Shown in pieces: positions 42,171 through 51,095 of a DNA stretch of 64,000 bases. The notes beneath the pieces were generated by a model. That model saw only the letters and a list, made by a program, of their open reading frames with translations. It was not told the DNA's origin and made no database searches. Position numbers and translations under genes: made by a program. This DNA comes from an uncultured Eubacteriales bacterium. GTDB taxonomy: Bacteria > Acidobacteriota > Aminicenantia > Aminicenantales > Saccharicenantaceae. The first letter of the stretch is position 1. Every line of letters starts with the position of its first letter. The stretch lies in assembly GCA_964523615.1 (NCBI GenBank), contig CAZFZU010000001.1, forward strand, positions 27,063 to 91,062, given 5' to 3'.

Positions 42171-44978
42171 CTAGAACTTGTAAATCAGGCCGAGCTGCAT
42201 GTAGCGCGGCCCCATGATACCGTAAATGGCCTGTCCGCCGACACCCTGGAACCAATCGTAGTTCGTGGTGTTGCCGACGCTGGTGGCCCGGTTGTTGTTG
42301 AAGACGTTGTAGGCGTCGAACTGCACGCCCAGCTCGCCCCTCCAGACGGGGAAGGTCTTCTCGATCCGGATGTCCAGCAGGTGCTGGTCGGGCAGCTCGT
42401 AGGAGCCGCGGGGCTCGGCGAAGATGGCCACGCCGCCCTGGTAGAGGCTGCCGAGGCCGGCCTCGTAGGTCCGGATGACGCGGGAGAACGGGATGCCGGA
42501 GCCGAACTGGTAGTAGGCGCTGGCGTTGATGCCCCAGGGCCCGGCGTACGTGCCCTGGACCTTGACGAGGTGCTCGCGCTGGTAGTCGAGCCGGCCGTAG
42601 GCGTTGATCATGGAGTTCGGGTCGTCGTAGAAGCCGGTGAAGCCCGTGCTCTGGTCGCGGGAGGTGTTGAGGACGCCGACGCCGCGGGACCAGACGTAGC
42701 TGGCCTGCAGGGCCCAGCGGTCGGACATCCGCTTGGTCAGCTTGGTCTCCAGCCCGCGGTACTTGCGGGCCGTTCCGGGGACGTTCTGGAAGACGAAGTG
42801 GTAGTCCCCGAAGTCCTCGTTCATCTCGTAGAAGGTGACGTCGTTGTCCGTCCAGGGATCGGTCCCCGTGACGGCGTGGTATCCGGACCAGACCAGGTCG
42901 CCCGTCTCGAGATAGGCGTCCCAATCGAGGTGGGCGCGGTCGACGTCGTCGATGAGGTTCTTCTCCCACTTGGCGATGTAGGTCACGGACAGGGAGAAGT
43001 CCTCGAACAGCTCGCGCTCGATGCCGATGTTGAGCTCGTCGGCGTAGGGGGAGCTGATATTGGGGTCGACCTCGGTCATGCCGGGCGACCAGACGGGGGT
43101 CGTGTAGTTGACCGACCAATCGGGGTTGAGCTGGGCCCAGAAGGAGCTCCGCTGGTTGGGATTGTTGAAGTAGTAGTAGATCATGAGCAGCGGCGCGTAG
43201 TAGCGGCCGAAGTTGGCCCGGACGACGGTCTTGTTGTCGCCGACGGGGTCGAAGCTCAGGCCCAGGCGGGGCGAGAGCATGTTGAAGGTCATGGCCTTGA
43301 TGGTCGTCTCGTTGACCCACTCGCTGCCGTCACGCGTCTTCTGGGGCGGATAGCTGCCCTGGGCGAAGTCGTAGCGCAGGCCCAGGTTCAGGGTCACTCG
43401 CTTGACGGGGGACCAGGTGTCCTGGAGGTAGCCGCCGATCTGGACGAGGTTGTTCTTCTGCTTGTACTCGGTGCCGACCCAGGCCCAATTGGGCACGCCG
43501 TCCCAAAGATAGATATCGACGGCCTTGAAGCCCTCGGGGAAGACGCCCTCGAAGTGGGGGTCCTGATAGTACTGGGTCTCGGTCGTGTCGAAGGCGAACT
43601 CGGAGTCGAAGCCCAGCTTGAACTCGTGGGAGCCCGCCCAGTTGTCGACGAAGCGGGTGGCGTCGCCGGCCAGCTGGAGGCGCCGGCGGGTGTACCACCA
43701 GTCGGACCCGGCGCCGCCGCGGTTGATGTTGTCCGTGGCCTCGTCGACGAGGGGGGCCAGATCGTTGCGGGCCAGGATGTACTGGTGCAGGGCGTACCAG
43801 GCGGCCTTGACGTTGGTGAAGAAATTGTTGCTGATGGTCTTGGTCCACTGGACGTTGGCGATGGTGACGGCGCTGTCCTCCTTGGAGTTGGCGTCGAGGA
43901 CGGTCCAGCGGCTGGCGTTGCGGTGGTCCCAGTTGTAGAGCCGGTAGTAAGCCGAGGCGACGATCTTGTCCTTCTGGCCGAGCTGCCAGGTCAGCTTGGC
44001 GAACGGGGCGTAGGTGTTCTGGTTGGTCGGCGCGGACTGGGGCTGGGGGCCGCCGTAGGTGGCGGGAGCGGGGAAGCCCTGGATGTAGGACGAGGACAGG
44101 TCGACGTCGAGGCTGGTGAAGAACCACAGCTTGTCCTTGACGATGGGGCCGCCCAGGGAGAAACCGGGCACGAACTGGCGGCGGAAGCCGACGAACTGGC
44201 CCTCGAGCGGCGTGCCCTGGGTGTTGTCGGACTGCAGGCTCTTGTCGCGGAAGTAGAGGTTGACGCCGCCGCTGAACTCGTTGCCGCCGGCCTTGGTGAT
44301 GACGTTGACCAGGGCGCCCTTGACGGCGCCGTACTCGGCCTTCTGGTTGCTGGTCTCGATCTCGACCTCGTCGATGGCGTTCCAGGGGACCGTCTGGTAA
44401 GGGTCGCCCGTGACGGGGTCCTGCATCTTGACGCCGTCGACGATGAAGTTGTTGGACCGGGCGTCGGAGCCGTGGGAGGTCCGGGCGAACATGCCGGGCG
44501 CCGAGTTGAAGATCGACGCCAGGTCGCGCGCCAGGGGCAGGGTCTCGATGAGCTCGGTCGTGAAGGTCGAGCCCGTCTGGGTCTTCTGCATGTCGACCGT
44601 CGGCGACAGGCCGACGACGGTGATGGACTCGTTGATCTCGCCCGGCGCCAGGGTCATGTCGATGACGATGTTGCCCTGGGCCCGGACGATGATGCCTTCG
44701 CGGACGCCGGTCTTGAAGCCCTGCAGCTCGAAGACGATCTTATACGTGCCGGAGGGCAGGGAGAAGAACCGGTAGAGACCGTCCTCGTTGGTGACGGTCG
44801 CCATCTCCGGAAGGATGAGGGACGGACTGCTGATCTTGACGGAGACGCCCGGCAGGGGCGCCTTGCCGTCGTCGGTGACCGTGCCCGTCAGCTTGCCCGT
44901 GGGCGTCATCTGACCGAAGGCCAGGGCCACGGACGCGACGGCCAGGAAGGCCACGACGATGCCTTTCATGAACCGCAT
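42171..44978 (-). CDS. TonB-dependent outer-membrane receptor with N-terminal CarboxypepD_reg-like domain
   Basis: 935 aa with a signal peptide. GKLTGTVTDDGKAPLPGVSVKI...GLYRFFSLPSGTYKI is the regulatory-like domain. The remainder is beta-barrel-like with alternating residues, and the C-terminus LGLIYKF ends in an aromatic residue. Confidence 0.85.
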   Translation of the reverse strand: MRFMKGIVVAFLAVASVALAFGQMTPTGKLTGTVTDDGKAPLPGVSVKISSPSLILPEMATVTNEDGLYRFFSLPSGTYKIVFELQGFKTGVREGIIVRAQGNIVIDMTLAPGEINESITVVGLSPTVDMQKTQTGSTFTTELIETLPLARDLASIFNSAPGMFARTSHGSDARSNNFIVDGVKMQDPVTGDPYQTVPWNAIDEVEIETSNQKAEYGAVKGALVNVITKAGGNEFSGGVNLYFRDKSLQSDNTQGTPLEGQFVGFRRQFVPGFSLGGPIVKDKLWFFTSLDVDLSSSYIQGFPAPATYGGPQPQSAPTNQNTYAPFAKLTWQLGQKDKIVASAYYRLYNWDHRNASRWTVLDANSKEDSAVTIANVQWTKTISNNFFTNVKAAWYALHQYILARNDLAPLVDEATDNINRGGAGSDWWYTRRRLQLAGDATRFVDNWAGSHEFKLGFDSEFAFDTTETQYYQDPHFEGVFPEGFKAVDIYLWDGVPNWAWVGTEYKQKNNLVQIGGYLQDTWSPVKRVTLNLGLRYDFAQGSYPPQKTRDGSEWVNETTIKAMTFNMLSPRLGLSFDPVGDNKTVVRANFGRYYAPLLMIYYYFNNPNQRSSFWAQLNPDWSVNYTTPVWSPGMTEVDPNISSPYADELNIGIERELFEDFSLSVTYIAKWEKNLIDDVDRAHLDWDAYLETGDLVWSGYHAVTGTDPWTDNDVTFYEMNEDFGDYHFVFQNVPGTARKYRGLETKLTKRMSDRWALQASYVWSRGVGVLNTSRDQSTGFTGFYDDPNSMINAYGRLDYQREHLVKVQGTYAGPWGINASAYYQFGSGIPFSRVIRTYEAGLGSLYQGGVAIFAEPRGSYELPDQHLLDIRIEKTFPVWRGELGVQFDAYNVFNNNRATSVGNTTNYDWFQGVGGQAIYGIMGPRYMQLGLIYKF

Positions 44979-45054
44979 GATGATTACCTCCTCGATATGC
45001 GTTAAAACGGGTGATCTCTGTCGTCTGTCGGAGCCTGCGGAACCGGAGTGATTC

Positions 45055-45759
45055 TCACCTCCCTGTCGCCTTTCCTTCGCCCGGCCCTGCTTCGCGCTCG
45101 ACGGAGAATTCCTCGCCCCAATGGGCCTCGATGAGCTTCTCCAGGCGCTTGATGTCCCGGGCCTCGACGAACCGGAGGATCTCGAGATGGTCGCCGAACG
45201 ATTTCTCCAGGGCCGGGCGGGCCGCGAACGGCAGGAAGCCGTTCTTGCGGTGGAAGATGCGGATCTTGGCCATAACCTCGGCCAGCGTGTCGTAAAGGGC
45301 CGCGCTGCCGGAGTGGCGCCAGATCCGGTCGTGGATGCAGAGGTTCTGCTCGAGGTAGTTGGCGTGGTCGTCCGCGTCGTGGAAACGGCCCAGCTCCCCG
45401 GTCATCTCGCGCAGCTCCTCGACGTCGCCGGGCGTCATCCGGGACAGGGCCCGGCGGGCGGCCAGGATGTCGAGCGTGCGGACGATCTCGTAGAGCTCGC
45501 GGACCTCCTCGAGCGTGGTGTCCTGGGCCAGGACTTCCTTGCGGGCGTTGATGACCAGGAACTTCTCGGCCGCGAGGCGGAAGAAGGCCTCGCGGACGGG
45601 GGTCGACGAGGTGTTGAACAGGGCCGCGATCTCCTTCTCCTGGAGGCGCTGGCCCGGCTTGATGTCGCCGTCGATGAGGGCCTTTTTGAGCGATTGGTAG
45701 ATGGTCTCGCTGAGGGTCGCGGGGACCTGAAAAGAGACGGGCTTCCAGTCCATTTTCAT
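45055..45759 (-). CDS. GntR family transcriptional regulator (FadR/FCD-type C-terminal domain)
   Basis: The wHTH block is IYQSLKKALIDGDIKPGQRLQEKEIAALFNTSSTPVREAFFRL. The C-terminal domain is helical and FCD-like. The start is taken at MKMDWKP. Confidence 0.85.
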   Translation of the reverse strand: MKMDWKPVSFQVPATLSETIYQSLKKALIDGDIKPGQRLQEKEIAALFNTSSTPVREAFFRLAAEKFLVINARKEVLAQDTTLEEVRELYEIVRTLDILAARRALSRMTPGDVEELREMTGELGRFHDADDHANYLEQNLCIHDRIWRHSGSAALYDTLAEVMAKIRIFHRKNGFLPFAARPALEKSFGDHLEILRFVEARDIKRLEKLIEAHWGEEFSVEREAGPGEGKATGR

Positions 45760-45768
45760 ACCTACCGC

Positions 45769-45797
45769 ACGATATAAGATATATTTTATTCTGTCAA
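45769..45797 (-). promoter_or_regulatory. Possible sigma-70 promoter for the GntR gene
   Basis: On the minus strand, TTGACA is followed 15-17 nt later by TATATC/TATCGT. The site lies in an AT-rich 80-bp gap upstream of the regulator. Confidence 0.3.
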
Positions 45798-45841
45798 GGG
45801 TGTATTTTTCTCGAACTTCCATATTATTGGGATCGAACGAC

Positions 45842-46969
45842 TTAGGCGCCGCAGGCGCGGATAGTCGGGATCTTGTTCCCGTCCAGGTCCACGTACTGCT
45901 TCCAGAGGTCCACGGTCAGGCACGAGTGCACGGGCAGGATGAACAGGATATCCCCCGGCCGCGCCCGGCGAATGACATCCTCGGTCGTCGCGACGACGCC
46001 GTGCTCCTGCGACAGCGCGCGCACCGATGTCCCCGGCAGGACGGGCCCCCAACCCGCGCCGCGCGGCCGGCAGACCCGGCCGTAGATGCGGCCGTCGCTC
46101 GCGGAGACGAAATCCTCTTTCGACAGGTGGATGGCCCCGCCGTAAACGACGATCTCGCGCCGGCGCTCGTGGACGGCCACGACCGGGCAGGCCACCGCCG
46201 CCGCCACGTCCCGCTCGGCGCAGTTGCCGAGCTCGAGCTGGGTGACATCGTAGAGGACGAAGTTGCCGGGCCGGACCTCGTCGACGCCGTCGAAGGCCTC
46301 GAGCCGGCTGCAGGACGGCGTGTCGCCGACCGAGATCTCGAGCCCGGCGAAGCCCGCCCTCTCCAAGGCCCGGCGGGCCCGGCGCATCTTGTCGAGGGAG
46401 TCGGCGTGGCTGGCCGCGAGGGCTTCGGGCGTCCGGGCCCCGTAGGTCCGGCCGTTGTGGGTCAGCAGGCCGCGCAATCGCAGTCGCGGGAGGCGGGCGA
46501 CCTCGGCGCAGACGCGGGCTTGGCCGGCCCGGTCGTTCCAGTCGAGCCCGGCCCGGTTGGCCCCGATGTCGATCTTGATCCAGACCTCGACGGGGCGGCC
46601 GACGCCGGCCGCGAGCGCGGCCAGGCCGTCGGCGGCTTCGACGAGGACGCCCAGCTTCACGCGCCGGGCCAACCGCTTCAGGCCGTCGATCTCCAGGATG
46701 TTGAGCGGGAAGGCGACCAGGATGTCGCGCCAGCCGTCGGCCGCGAAGTACTCGGCCATGTCGACGGAGGACACGGTGATGGCCTCGACGCCGGCGTCGC
46801 GGAACATCCGGCCGACGGCGCGGGACTGGTGGGTTTTGAAGTGGGGCCGGAAGCGCAGGCCGAGCCGGCGGGCCTTGGCGGCCATCCGCTCGATGTTGCG
46901 GCGGGCCCGGCCCGCGTCGAGGACGAGGGCCGGCTTGATGTAGGTCGGCATGGCTGTGCTCTTTATCAC
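45842..46969 (-). CDS. Alanine-racemase-fold PLP enzyme, D-threonine aldolase / D-serine dehydratase (DSD1)-like
   Basis: The protein begins ALVLDAGRARRNIERM, followed by FRPHFKTHQS (PLP lysine block) and a C-terminal beta domain. An alternative start is at 46951. Confidence 0.7.
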   Translation of the reverse strand: MIKSTAMPTYIKPALVLDAGRARRNIERMAAKARRLGLRFRPHFKTHQSRAVGRMFRDAGVEAITVSSVDMAEYFAADGWRDILVAFPLNILEIDGLKRLARRVKLGVLVEAADGLAALAAGVGRPVEVWIKIDIGANRAGLDWNDRAGQARVCAEVARLPRLRLRGLLTHNGRTYGARTPEALAASHADSLDKMRRARRALERAGFAGLEISVGDTPSCSRLEAFDGVDEVRPGNFVLYDVTQLELGNCAERDVAAAVACPVVAVHERRREIVVYGGAIHLSKEDFVSASDGRIYGRVCRPRGAGWGPVLPGTSVRALSQEHGVVATTEDVIRRARPGDILFILPVHSCLTVDLWKQYVDLDGNKIPTIRACGA

Positions 46970-46994
46970 CCCGGTCGGTCCGAGTCCATTCGCC

Positions 46995-48254
46995 TCAGTT
47001 CCAGTCCGTGACGGCGTTGACGGCCCGCCACAGCTCGCTGTCGAGCTCGTTGAAGAACGCGTCGGCCGCCGCGGGGCGGGAGTTGAACAGGGCCACCCAG
47101 CTCAGGTTGTTGGCCGTCCGGACCATGATCGTCGATGTTCCGGGCAGCGATCCCGTGTGCCACCAGTTGGCGTCCCCCCCGGTCGGCCGGACCTGCCAGC
47201 CGAGGGCGTAATAAGCCGCGGCGCCAACGTACTCGGCGAGCGGAGGGCGCTCGACCATGAGGTCGATGGAGGCCGGCTGCAGGACGTCGGGCGTCGCCGC
47301 GCGGCCGTCGACGGCCAGGGCGAACCGCAGGAGGTCGCGGGCCGAGGCCAGCCAGCCGCCGTGGGCGTCCATGGGCTCGAGGGCGAAACCACCGTAGGGC
47401 CAGGGCACCGTCTCCGACCCGGTCGTGAAGACGCTTGGGGCCAGGGGGGCCCCGGCGTAGTCGTAATAGACGACCTCGTCCGGGGCCCGGTCGGCCTCGA
47501 GCGAGCGGCCCAGGCGCATGCCGGTCGCGCCGGCCGGATCGAGGACGGCGGACATGACGTAGGCGTCGTAGGCCTGGCCCGTGACCTTCTCGATGATCCG
47601 GCCGAGCAGGCAATAGCCGAAATTCGAATAGGCGTAGACCGTGCCCGGGTCGTGGTCGAGGGGCTGGCCGGCCATGTAGCGGACGATGTCCGCGGCCGCA
47701 GCGGGAGGAGCGACGCCGAGGGCGGCGGCGATCTCGCGCGACCGGAACATGGGGTCGTAACTCACGGACCGGTCCCAGCCGCCCGAGTGCCGGAGAAGGT
47801 CGCGGACGGTGACCTGGGCGACCCGGGGGTCGGGCGTCGAGCCCTCGGGCGGGACGATGTCGTCGAGGATGTCGAAGACGCGGGCGTCGAGGTCGACCAG
47901 GCCGGCTTCGCGGAGCTTGAGAACGGCCGCGGCCGTCACCGGCTTGGACAGGCTGGCGACCCGGAAGAGCGAGTCGACGGTCACCGGCGACGAGGACGAC
48001 CGGTCGGCCGTGCCGTAGACGTCGGTCATGACGACGACGCCGTCGCGGGCCAGGGCGACCGCGCCGCCGGGGATGCTCCACTTCGACATCAGGGCCGTGA
48101 CGACGCGCTCGAAGCTGGTCTCCGGCGTGACGCCTTCGGGCTCGGCCGAGCCCGTGGACTGGCAACTCGAGCCGGAGACGAGGGCGGCGGCCAGGACGAG
48201 GACGGGAATGAGGACGGAACGGCGGACAAGATCGATCTTCATATCGGGCTCCAC
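46995..48254 (-). CDS. Beta-lactamase-fold serine hydrolase (class C / D-aminopeptidase-like), secreted
   Basis: A signal peptide is present. ASLSKPVT is the SxxK motif and YAYSNFGY the YxN motif. Confidence 0.8.
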   Translation of the reverse strand: MEPDMKIDLVRRSVLIPVLVLAAALVSGSSCQSTGSAEPEGVTPETSFERVVTALMSKWSIPGGAVALARDGVVVMTDVYGTADRSSSSPVTVDSLFRVASLSKPVTAAAVLKLREAGLVDLDARVFDILDDIVPPEGSTPDPRVAQVTVRDLLRHSGGWDRSVSYDPMFRSREIAAALGVAPPAAAADIVRYMAGQPLDHDPGTVYAYSNFGYCLLGRIIEKVTGQAYDAYVMSAVLDPAGATGMRLGRSLEADRAPDEVVYYDYAGAPLAPSVFTTGSETVPWPYGGFALEPMDAHGGWLASARDLLRFALAVDGRAATPDVLQPASIDLMVERPPLAEYVGAAAYYALGWQVRPTGGDANWWHTGSLPGTSTIMVRTANNLSWVALFNSRPAAADAFFNELDSELWRAVNAVTDWN

Positions 48255-48318
48255 AGGCGGCCAAACGCCGCGCCGGCTCGCGATCCCGGCCCCGTTAAGG
48301 GGGCCCGGTCCGCGGGTC

Positions 48319-48747
48319 TCAAGATTTTTCTTGGAAGACGAAGACGAAATCGGCCATGCAGGGATAGTTGTTCGAGCTCATCTGCACGGCTTCCGGGTTC
48401 TGGGTGCCGATGCACAGCCGGTAGGTCTTGCCGGGCTCGTAGGCCAGGCCCTTCTTCGGCGCCATGGCCACGGTGTAGCCGGCGCCGGTCGTCTTGAGCG
48501 TCCGGAACCAGCCCTCGGAGACCGGCGTGTTGCCGTCGAGGACGAGGTGGTAGAGCCGGTCGAAACCCTTGAAGTCGACCCGGATCTCGAACGTGATCTC
48601 GGCCGTCGAGGCCTTGACGACCGTGATGAACCCCTCGGGCACGTTCTGCCCGTGGTAGTAGTTCATCTGCGGCGTCGCCTTGTACGTCGAACAGCCCGCG
48701 AGGACGGCCAGGGCGGCCGCGGCGGCGGCGAACGTCGTCGGCTTCAT
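48319..48747 (-). CDS. Small lipoprotein of unknown function
   Basis: 142 aa with lipobox LAVLAGC and an AAGGAGGGA RBS. The ATG overlaps the upstream stop (ATGA). Confidence 0.65.
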   Translation of the reverse strand: MKPTTFAAAAAALAVLAGCSTYKATPQMNYYHGQNVPEGFITVVKASTAEITFEIRVDFKGFDRLYHLVLDGNTPVSEGWFRTLKTTGAGYTVAMAPKKGLAYEPGKTYRLCIGTQNPEAVQMSSNNYPCMADFVFVFQEKS

Positions 48748-49763
48748 GATGTCCCTCCTTGCTGACGTTCCGTGATGTGGACGGGTCCGCCCGTCCGGAT
48801 GGACGAGAAACAGGCGTCGAGGGCCCGGGCGTTGGCCATGGCGTCGGACACGGGGACGCGGAGCGGGGCCCGGCCCAGGACGGCGTCGCCGAAGTGCTCG
48901 GCCATGAGCCGGAACATGTCGGCCCGCGGCACGGCCAAGCGCTCGACGGCGCCGCCGCGCTCGACCTCGACGGCGACGTCGAAGTCCTTGGCCGAGAAGG
49001 CCCGGTCGAGGCGGAGCGTGCCCTCGTCGCCGGCGACGAGAAGCCGGCTCTGGAAGGCGGACTCGAAGCTCGCGTCGCACAGGGCGAAGCGGCCGTCCGG
49101 GAACTCGAGCAGGGCGGCCGCCGTCGTGTCGACGCCCGTCGCGGGATCGATCCGGGCCCGGGCGAAAGCCGAGACCGGCTCGTCGCCGAGGAACAGGCGG
49201 GCCGCGCTGACCGTGTAGCAGCCGACGTCGTAAAGGGCCCCGCCGCCCATGGCCGGGGACCAGCGGTAATTGGCGCCCTCGCGGGCGAAGCGGAAGGTGA
49301 ACGAGGAGTGGACCGAACGGACCCCGCCGAGGCCGCCGGACCGGACGAGGCCGAGGGCCCGCTCGATCTGCGGATGGAACTTGTACATGAAGCCTTCCAT
49401 CAGCAGGACGCCGGCGGACCCGGCCGCGGCGGCCATGGCCGCGGCCTCGGCCGCGTCGAGGGCCAGCGGTTTCTCGCACAGGACGTGCTTGCCGGCCGCC
49501 ATGGCCCGGACGGACCACGGCGCGTGGAGGTCGTTCGGCAGCGGATTGTAGATCGCGTCCACGTCCGGGTCGGCGACGAGCTCGGCGTAGGTCGCCGCGG
49601 CGCGGGCGAACCCGAACCGGTCCGCCCAGGCCCGGGCCCGCGCCGGGTCCCGGGCGGCGACCGCGGCCAGGACGCCGTTGCGCGACGCGAGGACGGCCGG
49701 GACGAAGGCCTTCTCGGCGATCCCGGCGCAGCCCAGGACGCCCCAGCGGACCCTGCGGTCCAT
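48744..49763 (-). CDS. Gfo/Idh/MocA family NAD(P)-dependent oxidoreductase
   Basis: The protein begins RWGVLGCAGIAEKAFVPA, with ...VLCEKPLA. It is 339 aa. Confidence 0.85.
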   Translation of the reverse strand: MDRRVRWGVLGCAGIAEKAFVPAVLASRNGVLAAVAARDPARARAWADRFGFARAAATYAELVADPDVDAIYNPLPNDLHAPWSVRAMAAGKHVLCEKPLALDAAEAAAMAAAAGSAGVLLMEGFMYKFHPQIERALGLVRSGGLGGVRSVHSSFTFRFAREGANYRWSPAMGGGALYDVGCYTVSAARLFLGDEPVSAFARARIDPATGVDTTAAALLEFPDGRFALCDASFESAFQSRLLVAGDEGTLRLDRAFSAKDFDVAVEVERGGAVERLAVPRADMFRLMAEHFGDAVLGRAPLRVPVSDAMANARALDACFSSIRTGGPVHITERQQGGTS

Positions 49764-49780
49764 GCGCTCCTCCCCTACCG

Positions 49781-50992
49781 TCAGATCTTCTTGAGCTTCT
49801 TGACGAAGGCCGGGTCGACGTCGCAGCCGAGGCCCGGCTTCTCGGGCAGCGTCAGCAAGCCTGCCTTGACGGTCATGCCGTCGACGATGGGGTCGCTGAC
49901 GTGCTCGGAGTTGCCGTCGAGGTCGGCGTAGACGATGTTGGCCTGCGAGGCCACGACGTGGGCCGCGGCCGTCAGGGCCAGGCGTGTCTCCAGCATGCAG
50001 CCGACCATGCAGCGCATGTTGGCCGCGTCGGCGATGTGGGCGATGCGCAGGGAATTGAGGATGCCGCCGGCCTTCATGAGCTTGATGTTGAAGGTGTCGC
50101 AGGCCTCGGCCCGGACGAGCTCGATGGCCTGGGCCGGGCTGAACAGGGCCTCGTCGGCCATGATGGAGATGGGGCTCTGCCGGCGGACGGCGCGCAGGCC
50201 GGCCGTGTCGGCGGCCCGGACGGGCTGCTCGCAGAACTGGATGTCCAGAGGGGCCATGCCCTTCAGGGCCTGGAGGGCCTGGGGCACGGAATAGCCCTGG
50301 TTGGCGTCGATGCGCAGGGCGATGTCGGGCCCGATGGCCTTGCGGACGGCCGTCATGCGGACGATGTCGTCCTCCGGGTCAAGCCCGACCTTGACCTTGA
50401 GGGTCTTGTACCCCCGGTCGGCGTAGCCCTTGGCCTCGGCGGCCATGGCCTCGGGCGTGTCGAGCCCGGTCGTGATGTCCGTTTCGAAGGTCGACTTCGT
50501 GCCGCCGAGGAGGCGGAACAGGGGCAGCCCGGCGACCTTGCCCAGGATGTCGTGGAGGGCCATGTCGAAGGCGGCCACGGCGCTGGGATTGGAGTGGACG
50601 ATGGGCCCGATGAGCCGGAGGAGGTCGTCGATGGCCAGGGGGTCCTTGCCGATGAGCATGCCCCGGATGGCGGAGGCGGCGGCGGCGTTGGTGGCCTGGG
50701 TCTCGCCGGTGATGGGCGGGAAGGGGCAGGCCTCGCCGAGGCCGACGATGCCCTGATCGGTCTTGACGCGGACGAGCAGGTCGTTGGCCGCGATCATCTC
50801 GCCGATGGCGATGCGGAAGGGCGAGGTCAAGGGCAGGTCGAAGAGGTAGATCTCGACATCGGTGATCTTGATCTTCTTGGCCGCGGCCCTGGCGTCCTCG
50901 AGAGCTTTGGACGGCAAGCCGTAGGCCTGGGTGCCGGCGGCGAGCGCGCCGAACCCGAGCATCTTCAGGAATCCTTTGCGGGTGAGACTCAT
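49781..50992 (-). CDS. Enolase-superfamily dipeptide epimerase (L-Ala-D/L-Glu epimerase-like) with Tat-like signal
   Basis: 403 aa starting at ATG 50992. The N-terminus is MSLTRKGFLKMLGFGALAAG. KVKVG, RIDANQGY, CEQP, MADE and NIKLMKAGG are MLE-subgroup and dipeptide-epimerase blocks. Confidence 0.8.
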   Translation of the reverse strand: MSLTRKGFLKMLGFGALAAGTQAYGLPSKALEDARAAAKKIKITDVEIYLFDLPLTSPFRIAIGEMIAANDLLVRVKTDQGIVGLGEACPFPPITGETQATNAAAASAIRGMLIGKDPLAIDDLLRLIGPIVHSNPSAVAAFDMALHDILGKVAGLPLFRLLGGTKSTFETDITTGLDTPEAMAAEAKGYADRGYKTLKVKVGLDPEDDIVRMTAVRKAIGPDIALRIDANQGYSVPQALQALKGMAPLDIQFCEQPVRAADTAGLRAVRRQSPISIMADEALFSPAQAIELVRAEACDTFNIKLMKAGGILNSLRIAHIADAANMRCMVGCMLETRLALTAAAHVVASQANIVYADLDGNSEHVSDPIVDGMTVKAGLLTLPEKPGLGCDVDPAFVKKLKKI

Positions 50993-51095
50993 GATGCCTC
51001 CGTATGTGCGAAGTGGCGATACAGAAAACATTCTATAGCAGGAGGCCCGCGGTTTGACAAGGGCCGCTCGCGCCCATAAGGGGAGAAATTTTTTT

